Positions 23,601 through 36,600 of a stretch of 59,030 bases of DNA are shown in pieces. The DNA is from Octopus bimaculoides (taxonomy: Eukaryota), in contig NC_068987.1 in assembly GCF_001194135.2 (NCBI RefSeq), positions 43,178,204 to 43,237,233 on the forward strand. The letters run 5' to 3'. The notes below the pieces were generated by a model. That model worked only from the letters and a program-made list of their open reading frames with translations. It ran no database searches and was not told where the DNA came from. Numbering within the stretch: the stretch's first letter is position 1; each line of letters starts with the position of its first letter. A program made the position numbers and the translations under genes.

Positions 23601-26600
23601 GGTGAAAGTTGATTTAAATAGTGTTTAATACATTCTTAATCTTTCAGTAAACATCACTGGATAGACAAAAGTTCAGAGGTGACCAATACAAACTTATTCC
23701 AAGGATTACCTCACTGTGGAACTAATTGTCTTTAATTCCTGTAATCATCTGTCCAGCCTTACTCATCTCTTTCTTTTTTACATTCATGTGTACCAATGTG
23801 AATATTGTGAAGTGTTTATGTTTTTGTAAAAGGGAGGAACTTTCTAAATAAGAGATATAAGTTACATTAATATTTACCTTTAAATGTAGTGTCCCGCAAA
23901 ATAGCAGGAAGTCCAGTGACATAAAACCAATTAAAAAAAGACAAAAGAATTTTTAAAAATACAGACAACAGAAACAAGACAACTTACTGTTAGAAGCTGC
24001 AAAACTTTTAGAGAGAAACTCCATAGCAGAATCCCTGATTTCCCACTGAGGATGACACAGACAATACTTAATGGCACTAGACACTTTGCTTGGTAAGTCT
24101 TTTACTGTGGAGTTAGTCATGTTATTGCTGGTGCCTTTGTCTGTTGAATCGATGGCATCTTTCATCTTCAGCACTGGTAGCATGTATAACCAAAGACAAT
24201 CAAAAGACTGACTGACAACCTATTGTAAAAACACATTGGTATAATTCTTCAGATATGTCTCAAACTCTCTTATGACATTTATTTCTCTTTCTCTCACATT
24301 TATATCAATTATCTTGTGCTTGCATGGAGTGAATTGTCTTTACAGTTGAATACCATGCTTCTGCTAATAACTCAACTGTGAAGTTGATGTCTAGTTGTGT
24401 ATCCAGACACTCAAACTAGAATAAAAAAGCTTTGTCTTTCACAATACATTGACAATAACATTAGGTTCAGTAACATTAGAAGCATCAGTTGTGGTGTGCA
24501 AGAGAGACGATTGCACTGGTATGGACATGTGGTGAGAATGGATGAGGATAGCTGCGTGAAAAAGTGCCACACCCTAACAGTTGAGGGAACCCGTGGAAGA
24601 GGTAGGCCCAGGAAGACCTGGGCTGAGGTGGTGAGGCAAGACCTTCGTACATTGGGCCTCACTGAGGCGATGACTACTGACCGAGACCTTTGGAAATGTG
24701 CTGTGCGTGAGAAGACCCGGCAAGCCAAGTAAGATCGTTGCCAGTGCCCCTGGACTGGTTCTCGTGCGGGTGGCACATAAAAGACACCATTTCGAGCGTG
24801 GCCGTTTTCGTGCGGGTGACACGTAAAAGCACCCACTACACTCTCAGNNNNNNNNNNAGGTGGTGAGGCAAGACCTTCGTACATTGGGCCTCACTGAGGC
24901 GATGACTACTGACCGAGACCTTTGGAAATGTGCTGTGCGTGAGAAGACCCGGCAAGCCAAGTAAGATCGTTGCCAGTGCCCCTGGACTGGCTTGTGCGGG
25001 TGGCACATAAAAGACACCATTTCGAGCGTGGCCGTTTTCGTGCGGGTGACACGTAAAAGCACCCACTACACTCTCAGAGTGGTTGGCGTTAGGAAAGGCA
25101 TCCAGCTGTAGAAACTCTGCCAAATTAGACTGGAGCCTGGTGTTGCCATCCGGTTTCACCAGTCCTCAGTCAAATCGTCCAACCCATGCTAGCATGGAAA
25201 GCGGACGTTAAACAATGATGATGATGATGTTAATCTTATAGCAATTGTATCTCTATGGATATCATACCCTAGATTTCCTCTTCTCCACTACCTCTATTGA
25301 GTCTTACTTTTAAATACTCTACTAAACTTTCCTTAAGACAAGAGCTTACACAAGATGAAGCTAAACCACATTGATCTCACTAGTCTGTGCCACCTCATCA
25401 GACTAAATAACAAGTCTAGAGCTGCACTAACTTTCCCCAAGAGCTGAGTCTAGACAAAAGAGTTTGCTAACAGTACTTCTGATTGATTACATAACAATAC
25501 TCACCCACTTTGAAACATAGTAAATGGGTGAACTTGTGTTTAGGTTAGAAATCATTATTTTTGGCTCTACAATGGCAAGTATCATAGAGCAAGAAGAAAA
25601 AGACTCCTGTTGTGTCAAATCTGAGCCAGTTTTGATTTCTGGTTGAAAGTAGCTTGAGAAAGATAGCAACATCAATTAATCTCATCTTCCTCCTTGATGT
25701 GTGTGTGTTTTGTAAGATAACTATTATCCATATATTGGATAAGTTTGAGGTATGTGCCATAGTATGGTACTAAGTTCTTGGCAGACTTTATAATTTGGCT
25801 GAGACTCTCACCTGAAGTCACTTAATACACAACACTAATGCTCTTTACATAAAAAAAATCCCTCTCCATCGTTCTTCCAACATAAGAAAAGTTACAGGAA
25901 TCTATTTTGATCAGGTACCCATCCTAGCCTCAACAGTTAACTTTTATAGAAAAGAGGCATCGTCATCTCTAATATATTACTGATACTTTGATACTTATTT
26001 TATTAATTCCAGGAGTATAAAAAGCAAAGCTGATTCTAGCAGGATTTAAACTCATAGGTAGAGAGACTAATGTAAAACAATCTTTTTCCATTTCTAACAG
26101 CTAAATGTTCCAAGAAATGCTATAAAATTCATTTCTGATAGAAGCAGGGGAGTTTCAATTTGACCAATATTTATTTTAATGAATTTCTTGAAATATACAG
26201 AACAAAATTGACTGCATAGGAATTGAACTCAGAAAGAAAGAGATGTAATTAATTACCACAAGCCATTAAGTTAGATGCTCTACCATCCACTACATTCAAA
26301 GAAATTCTACTATCTATCACACTCAAAGAAATGCCATAGATGTTTATTTTCAATGAAACACCAAGAATGAAGTTGAGTCTGTACCACTCACCAAAAGATT
26401 CTGGCCAATTTCTACCACAATGTTCACTAAAATATTGATCAAAATAACTTGGCAGTCTTGACTGATAAGAAATTCTGATTTGTTGCCTGCAAATAGAACA
26501 TATACAAGGGAGTAATACAACAGAGCATGGCAGGCAAATGTGAAGATATATAGGGTGAGGCAGAGGGGAAGGACGTTTTTGAAAAATTCAAAAAATTATT

Positions 26601-28671
26601 TATTTTTGCTGCAAACAAATTTTATTGACATCAATGTGTTCATATTGAATTAGCATTTGTCAAAATCAAGTGTGGAAAACAACATCCATCATGTGGTGTC
26701 TGTTTCCATTGATGCATTTCTGAAGGCATTCTTGGAAGTTGGCCTCCACTCTCTCCAGCATTGCTCTGTCAATTTGGGTGACCTCCACGCAATAGCTTCC
26801 TTCAAATTGTCCAATGTACAGGGCTTATGCGCATAGACACGTGCCTTAAGGTTTCCACACAAGAAATAATCACACATGGACAAATCAGGGGACTGAGAGG
26901 CCAAGGAACATCAGCAAACCTGGAAATGAGGTGGTCACCAAAAAGAGGGCGAAGAACATCCATTGATGTTCTGGCTGTTGTCGCCCTGTCTTACTGAAAC
27001 CACACACATTGAATAGACATACATTTTCATCGTAATTCAGGAACAAAGAAGTTGTTTATCATCTCGATGTAATTCTTGGAGTTCACAGTAACAGCATTTC
27101 CATTATTGTCTTCAAAAAAGTAACGACCAATGACGGCAGCTTTTCCAACAGCACACAGACCATCACTTTTGGGTTGTGCAGTGGTCTTTCATGCAGTTCT
27201 CTCGGATTTTCAAGAGCCCAATAATGACAGTTCCGTTGATTAACCATGCCATTGAGATGAAAATGAGCTTCATCAGTCATTAACAAAATGAGGTTGTCAT
27301 TTGCCTCAAAAATTGCTTCCATCTGATATGCAAAGTTAAGCTGCTGTGCGTAGTCCCATGGTTTTAACTATTGCCCAATCACCAATTTGTACAAGTGGAA
27401 ATGCAGGTCTTCATGCAAAATATGCCTTACCAATCAATTACCAATGCCAAGTTCAGTGGAATGCTTCTGAGCAGAGCAATTTGGACTCCATATCAAAGCT
27501 TGTCTGATGCGTTCCACATTTTCTGGGGTTTGTACCATCTGTGGCGCCCCTACCAGTCTACTATTCATTAGTGTACCTTGTATATGAAGTGCATTCACCC
27601 AACGTAAGATGGTGTTACAGGTGGGAACAGCCTGATCTTGGTGAATGTTGAAGTAGTGCTGAAACTCATGCTGAACTGCTGTGACAGACTTGTTATTCTT
27701 TACATAACTGTCGTAGGCAAACATGCACAATGGCTTCACCTGAAAAAAAAAATGCTAAGAAACTATGGACAGAATGGTACCTATCGGACATATGTCCCTC
27801 CCCCGGGGCTGAGTAATAGCCATGTCAAAAAACGTCCATCCTCTCTGCCCTATTCAGTACAAAGAGAGATAAATAGAGAGATTAATAGATTAAGTATAGA
27901 ACACAAAGATATATCAAACATTGTTTTTACATTTCCCATTCTTTACAGGAAATGGAAAGTGAGAAACTTCTAAAAATATTAAATGAAATGTAAAAAACAC
28001 AAAATCATAATTTTGTTAAATAAATATGAACCCAAAATTGAAAGAATGATCAAGAATAACAAAATCTTGATGCTTGGCATAGTAAAGACCAAAATACTAA
28101 TTAATAACTATACTTTTAGAGTACATATACATATATATGATGGACTTCTTTCAGTTTCTGTCTACCAAATTTACTCACAAGGTTTTGCTTCACTCCAGGC
28201 TACAGTAGAAGACATTTGCCTGAACCCAAAATCATATGGTTGGGTTACAAACTTTCTACCACACAGCCACACTTGTGCCTAGCCATGCCTGTACTTCCAA
28301 CACACAATGACTACTTTAAAGCTATTTTCACTGTTAAAGCAAGGTTTTGTTAAGAATTCTCCCATTATATACAACTGTATTTTAGTTATCATCATAAATA
28401 TGGAAAACAGTAATTACATGCCAACTTTTGAAAGTAGTGCAGCATTTTAAGTAATAATTTGGTGGAATTGGAAATGACTTTGAAGAACTGGTAATATTCT
28501 GATGTCTGCAAGGATTCTGTGTCAGTGGTCTTGTGAAAGAACTTCAAGAAACATGTTGTGGATAATTGGATTGTAGTTTTTATGATGTCTTTCTGAAAGA
28601 AAGATCACACGTAAATTACATATATAACAGTACATATCACATTATTTACATTATATATATGTATATATATG

Positions 28672-28736
<65 letters not shown>

Positions 28737-31700
28737 AGAGAGAGAAAGAGAGAGAGAATATATGCCTGTATGTCTATGTGTATATAAAATGCATATTATC
28801 CCTTATCTAGTGGTCAGTGTGAAAACTAGGGATAGACAAGTGGTTGGTGAGAGCTGTATAAGTCATGTCAGTAAGGTGAGGGTTGGCAATGAGTATAGCA
28901 AAGAATTCATGGTATAAGTATGGATTCACCAAGGATTAGTCCTCAGCCCCCTCTTGTTCATCATAGTCCTCCAGATAATAACAGAGAAATTCAAGACAGG
29001 TTGCCCCTAGGAGCTCCTCTATGCTGATGACCTTGTTCTTATAGCTGAATGACTACCAGAACTAGAGAAGGAGTTCCAGGTGTGGAAGAAAGATCTAGAA
29101 TCGAAGGGCTTTAATGTTAACCTAACAAAATCCAAAGTCTTAGTAAGGAGCAAAGCAGACAAATCACAAATCCCCTCAGGTAGATGGCCCTGCTTGATCT
29201 GTAAGAAAGGCGTAGGTAGAAATTCTATAAGATGTACCCGGCGTAAGCTATGGACACATAAGAGGTGCAACAATATCAGAGGTAAGTTAACAGGGAAAAT
29301 AGTTTTTGTGTGTGGTAGGTGCACAGATACAATGAACACTATAAATGTTCAGAAAACAGACTCCATCAAATGCCAGTAGGGAAAACTAGAAGTAGTCAAT
29401 AGTTTCCATTACAGAGGTGACCAAGTTAGTAGTGGGAGTGGATGCTCTGAGAGCATAGCTGCTACAAAAAGAATAGGTTGAGCAAAATTCCTACCTCTGT
29501 TGGTAACAAAGGGCCTCTCCCTCAGAGTGAAAGGCAGATTATATGATACCTGTGTGTGAACAGCAGTGAAACATGGGCTGTGACTGTTGAGGACACGTGT
29601 AGGCTTGAAAGAAATGATGCTAGTATGTTTCGCTCAATGTGTAATGTCAGTGTGCATGCACGATAGAGTGTAAGCATCATGATAGAAAAGTTGGGCATAA
29701 GAGGCATCAGATGTGGTGTACAAGAGAGACGACTGCAGTGATACGGTCATGTGATGTGTATAGATGTGGACAGTTGTGTGAAGAAGTGCTGATCTCTACT
29801 AGTGGAAATTCGTTGTAGAAGAGGGAGACCCAGGAAGACATGGGACAAGGTGGTGAAGCATGTTCTTCAAAAGTTGGGTCTCATGGAAGCAATGACTTGT
29901 GAATGAGACCTTTGGCAATATGCTGTGCTTGAGAAGACCCATCAAGCCAAGTGAAATCATAGCTGTGGTCGTTGTCAATGTCGCGTAACTGGCACCCATG
30001 TTGGTGGCACGTTAAAAGCACCTTTCGAAAGTTGGGCTTCATGGATGTAATGTAGTCAATGCTGGTGTCATGTAATAGCACCATGCCAATGGCAATGACA
30101 AATGACATGGTTGAAAAGAACACCCATCAAATCAAGTGAAATCATAATCATGCCAGATATTGGTGTCATACAAACTGACACCTGTGCAAGTGGCATATAA
30201 AAGCACCCATAACACTCTTGTAGTGGTTGGCATTAGGAAGAGCATCTAGCCATAGAAACCATGCTAAATCAGTCTAGAGTCTGGTGCAGCCCCTCAGCTT
30301 ACCAGCCCTGGTCAAACAATCCAATCCATGCCAGCATGGACAGCAGACATTAAATGATGATGGTGATATATTTTTGATGGACACTCCCATCAGTTTTGAC
30401 GTATGAGGATCCAACAACTTACACTTTCTTTTTCAGTCATAATGCTTATGCCAAATGTGACAATTGAGTCCTGCCAATGATTTGCAAGGAAACCGGTAGA
30501 TGTTGTAAGTATGAGGATTACAAGTTAGTGCAAGCAGTATATCTGCAGCAGCTTTTCTCTTTTGCCTTGCACTCCTAAGTCTGATAATGCTGGTTGACAA
30601 GACAAGACAGCTCCATTTTGTTTGCTCCAAGGCTGTTTGATTAAAGGTGTTGTGAGCTATATTGACTGCTGAGAGGTTACCCTTCAGCTTATCATTATAT
30701 CTGAGCCATAGTCAACCAACATTCCTATACCCACTATCAAGCATATACATATATTTGGTGTGTTATGTGAATTTATGGAAAGGTATCCCATAGAACTCAA
30801 CAAATTTGTTAAAAATGGAGAAGAGAAGATGTTAAAATTTGAAAGAATTTTAATACACACATACAATCATTTCAAACAGCGATATTAAAACATGTATATT
30901 CATGGTTGAATAGTTAAATTCATTTGATTAAATTAAATTAATTATATATCACTGTTATCCTCAGTGCAAGAAGTATAAACAAAAAATTATTATTACAGAG
31001 GACTTGCTACAGGAAATAACAGAGAATAATTTCAGATATACATATTTATCCTTATGAAAATTACAAGCATAATAAAGAATGTGAGTCTAGTTATGTATAA
31101 ACTAAAATTAAGGCAACTAATGGTTATTTGAAAATGTAAGTGAAAAAGAGCAAGTAGATAAGTAATTTAAATTCCAAATAATTCATCTATGAAAGAGAAG
31201 TTTTATATAAATGTCCAATGGAAAAGCATAGTTATGTTTGAATTAGGATATGACTTGAAAGTTATAAACAATATTAGGTATGGTGTGTATTTTAAAAAAT
31301 TGTGCGTGAAAATGAAATTAAACTAGTGAATGTAATATATAGGAGGCTGCTAGAATGCAATGAAAACAAGTATTAGGGGTAGAAATGCTTAAAGAGCTAC
31401 ATAAAATGGAGTTGTGTTAGTTTAAGAACTAATATTTGTTTATGTGTATTAAATATAAGGAAATTAGTTGTTAATATTACAGATTTAGATAGTAAATACT
31501 TGCTGTGGCTATAAATATTAAAAAGAACGTTCAGAGGTTTAATTAGCTGTAGTAAATTGAAAATAACAATGTAGGAGTGATAATATAGCTAGGAAAGAAA
31601 GGTAGAAAAAAATTTAAATTATAAATATCAATATGTAATACATTGACTATGTTTAGGTATAAATAAAAGTATGAATTAAGAAGCTAGCTTGGCATAAAGT

Positions 31701-32055
31701 GAGAGGGAAGTATATAGTAAAATTATCTAAGTAATAAGTATTCAAGTAATAGAAGGTCACATAAGTATACAGAATATACAAAATAATTCGTATATAATGT
31801 CATATAAAAAAATCTTATAAGGGAAAAAAATTTTTTTAGTGTATACTAATATGTTAGTAGAGGACATATCTGCAAAATAGCATACATAGATGTAGGTATT
31901 CTAGCTGTTTTATTTGGGGGTGTACATGAAGGAAAGAACACAGTACAAAAGTAAATAAGTATACTCATACCAGTGCAAAGAGAGAGAAAAAAGAAACCAA
32001 ACAGATATAGATATAATTATAATTACCCATATGAAAAATGTTATTATATACATAC

Positions 32056-32095
<40 letters not shown>

Positions 32096-33559
32096 AACAT
32101 ATGTATATGTGCACACGTTCATATTAAAAATATGCACCGGTATGAGTATACTTACTTATTTTTGTACGGTGTTCTTTCCGTCATGTGCACCCCCAAATAA
32201 AACAATTTCAAAAACAACTAGAATACCTACATCTATGTATGCCATTTTGCAGATATGTCCTTTACAAACGTATCAGTATACACTAAAAAATTGTTTTTAT
32301 ATGACATTATATATGAATTATTTTGTATATTCTGTATACTTATGTGCACCCACTACTCATAAAAAAATTTTTTCTTCTATTCATAATGCACAATAACCTT
32401 CTATTATTTGAATACTTATTACTTGCATAATTTTACTATATACTTCCTTCTCACTTTATGCCAAGCTAGCTTCTTAATTCATACTTTTATTTATACCTAA
32501 ACGTAGTCAATGTATTACATATTGATATTTATAATTTAAATTTTTTTCTACCTTTCTTTCCTAGCTATATTATCACAACTACATTGTTATTTTCAATTTA
32601 CTACAGCTAATTAAACCTCTGAACGTTCTTTTTAACATAGCCACAGTAAGTATTTACTATCTAAATCTGTAATATTAACAACTAATTTCCTTATATTTAA
32701 TACACATAAACAAATATTAGTTCTTAAACTAACACAACTCCATTTTATGTAGCTCTTTAAGCATTTCTACCCCTAATACTTGTTTTTGTTGCATTCTAGC
32801 AGCCTCCTATATACTACATTCACTAGTTTAATTTCATTTTCACGCACAATTTTTTTAAATACACACCATACCTAATATTGTTTATAACTTTCAAGTCATA
32901 TCCTAATTCAAACATAACTATGCTTTTCCATTGGACATTTATATAAAACTTCTCTTTCATAGATGAATTATTTGGAATTTAAATTACTTATCTACTTACT
33001 CTTCTATAGAGGGAACATCTCATAAAACGTTTTTCACTTACATTTTCAAATAACTGTTTGTTGCCTTAGTTTTAGTTTATACATAACTAGACTCACTTTC
33101 TTTATTATGATGCTTGTAATTTTCATAAGGATAAATATGTATATCTGAAACTATTCTCTGTTATTTCCTGTAGCAAAAATACTCTGTAAAAATATTTTTT
33201 TGTTTATACTTCTTGCACTGAGAATAACAGTGATATATAATCAATTCAATTTAATCAAATTAATTTAATTATTCTATCATGAATCTTCATGTTTTAATAT
33301 CGCTGTTTGAAAAGATTGTATGCATGTATTAAAATTCTTTCAAATTTTAACATCTCTTCTCATTTTTAAACAAACTTGTTGAGTTCTATGGGATACCTTT
33401 CCATAAATTCACATAACACACTATATATAAGTATTATTTTCATATTTGCAAACTTACGCCAGTAAGGTACTGGCAAAATATGAAGAATCTTTATTAGAAA
33501 TCGTTTTTCAGAACCCTCCAAATTAAAGGACGAAATGTAATTCAATGTTTTCAGACACT

Positions 33560-33639
<80 letters not shown>

Positions 33640-36600
33640 TTTGTGGGTAGGTGGATGGCTGGATTTAGTTAGGTAAGAAGACAGACAGCTAATAGACATG
33701 AATGTCATTTGCCACATCTTAGTTCATCAAAAATTCGGTAGTCATTACAAAAGCTCCCCACATAAAAATACAAAGAAATTAAATTATTCAAAGCTATGAT
33801 AATATATAAGCGAACAATGAAACAAATTTTCAAAATTAATTGACAAATTCTTTTATGTGGATAGAAAAGTTAATGATTTAAGGTAAGTTTATCTACCTGA
33901 AGTAATTCAGGGTCTACAAGTCTCTCCATGCACTCAATGGTATTACAGAGGCATGCCTCACATTCTGGTGGGTGGATGTCATTTAAAGATATTTGCTTGT
34001 TACAGCCAGTAGAGTTGGTGATATAATTAAAAATCTTCAATTTAGGTTGGTAATATTTCTCCATCAATTCAGAAAACAATGCATCATCAGGGTATGTAGA
34101 TAGGAAACTGCTATTAAAAAACATTAATTCCATTGTGTAAGAGGTATAATATAACTCTGCATGCTTTGAATATAAAACAATACACCTTACACAGTCAAAT
34201 GTTGCACTCAGAACACCTGCATAACTCAAAACAATCAATACAGATTTGGGTTGGAAAAACACACACACATAAAGTGTTAATAAAGTTTTAACCATTAAAA
34301 ACTGGACAAACAAAATTTATACCAAACATACTGACCTTTTCATTAGTTTCTCTACAAAGCTTCTCACTCTGTCATCATCTTCTTTGCTATCAAGTTGATG
34401 AAATATTACCAGAACTTTCTCTATCTTCTCATTTTTAGAGATACTTGATTAAAAATGAGACACATAAAAGTAAACATTAGAAAATTGGCAACCATTAGGC
34501 TATAGTGTGGAAGAAGAGTAGCTGGCATGACATTATAGGGAGCAACCAATGTAGAACTGTGGGATAACAGGAGAGGCTCCAAGTTACAGACATTATATGG
34601 GTAATGTAAAATTGTAGGATAACAGTTAGAGGACATAAGTTATAGATATCATACAAGCACAGTAGAGGGAAACAGAAAGATAAGACAGCAAAATTGCTGT
34701 CTTCTGTGTAAATGCTAAAATTAACAGACACATAAAACCCATGTTAACAGGAAAACAAACAAAACAAAAAAAATGTGAGCCAACAGCTGGTAAGATCACA
34801 GCTGAAACATCTCTGATTATAGATGTTTCATTAGCAATGACATGTGGACTAAACCAGCGCTTGATGAACCTATAAATATCAGGCTTCATCAAAGAGATAT
34901 TAGTAAAATCCTCCCGGCTTTATTAATGAGAACTCAAAATTAGAGTTTATCTCATTGTTATCATCATTATATGATAATTTTTCTTTTGGACAAGTTTAAA
35001 ATTATTTAATTTTATTAAGCAGAGCAATTTGTCCAACTTTTTTTCAATCCTCATAACCGAACTCTCAGCAGTGTGGGGTGGGGTCTGGCCCCACCCAACG
35101 AGAAATACTAGGCTACACATTTCTACCAGCCACAAAACCTCCTATACAATCAACTTATTACAAATAACATTCAAATCTCTCTCTAATCTTATAAACAAAA
35201 GAAATAATGTAATCAAATATATGCTATGTTTAAGAAAAAGAAAAAAAAAAGACATGATGGTCACTGTTGGAATGCCTATGATCAGAGGTCTGCTGGATTA
35301 GCTATGACTTAGGGAGTATATAAAAAAAAAACCCAACAAAACTTACTGATGATCGAGTAAAAGACAGAGGTATAAGTCCATAGCAACATCCCATGATTGC
35401 GATGAAGTTATAAGCTGATGAAGTTCTGAAAAGCTATCTTTATGGTTCACTGTCCAATTCCAAATATCTTTGCAAGTACCTCCAGCATCATTAAGGATAT
35501 CAAATAAGAGTTCTTTGGAATGCTTGGATTTAGAATTGGAGCCACTGGGTGTGTTATGGCAGATGACATCCCAGAAAGTGTCTAAAAGGTTGTCTCGCAT
35601 CTGAAGCACCTTGAGTGAAACATCACTGATTTGGAAACTTTGAATCAGGAGCTGACTGAGGAATTTGCTGGCTTCTTTGGTGAGGAAGATGCTTGATTCT
35701 TTATAAATCACATCCAAGGCTTTGTTTGGAACATCTGAAAAAAATATAAAAAATTAAAAATGACTAAGATACTGAGAAGAAGCAAGTATTGGTCTACCGG
35801 CTCATAAGTTGAAAGTTCAAAACTAATGAAGATATTTTATTGTTTCTTTTTTATATTTTATTAATATTTAACATTTAGTATGGCACAACACTACCTCCAC
35901 TGGTTAGAACACATCATAATACATATGTCTCAAATGTGCCTCCCCCATCAACTCCTCTTTGTGGAGTTGGCTTCAGGCACTAGACCATGCAGAGCTCCCA
36001 AATCCCATTTCTGAGACCAGTTCAAGGACACTCTTCTCCACAGCTCCATTGACCCAAATATCTGGGAAACAATCACCAAGAACCACCAACACTGTTGGCA
36101 TGCCATTGTTAAGGGAATGGACCAGATGGAAAATAACAGACATCAAGAGGCAGAGATCAGATGTCAAAGACACAGAGTGACTCACACTTCCTTGTCCCTG
36201 GATTACTAGAAAGTGTATCAGTGAGTATCGAGATATTGTGGGAGAGAAGTGTGTGCAGATAGATAATGGTATGCTTGCACTTAGTAATGTGGACAAGAAA
36301 GAGGCATGGTAAAGTTACTATGCAAGACTGCTGAATGTAGAGAATGAATGGGATAAAGGGAGGCTCCCTCATGTGAACGCAACAGAGAGAGACCAGCTAT
36401 CCTAGTGAACAGCAGTATGGTAGATGAGGCAATTAAAGACATGAAAACTGGGAAAGCCCCTGGTCCATCCGGAATCATGGCTGAGATGCTCAAAATATAC
36501 AGTAAGGTGGGATACTAGTTAGTCACTTGCATAGTTAATCAGGCCATTCAGAAAGATGTAATAATAGTGACTGGTGTAGCAGCATTATTGTTAGCTGTTA

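Noticed and set aside
24626-25077. Apparent ~220 bp tandem duplication in a LINE 3' end
   Set aside because: The two near-identical copies (24626-24847, 24858-25077) sit either side of a 10-N gap, the pattern of unmerged contig overlap. Treated as an assembly artefact unless long reads show both.
31910-32396. ORFs with CVCVCV / THTHTH tracts in the palindrome loop
   Set aside because: Microsatellite translations, not a transposase or metal-binding protein.
30740-33450. Target-site duplication for the foldback element
   Set aside because: Flanks are (TA)-rich and no unambiguous direct repeat could be read, so transposon status remains unproven.
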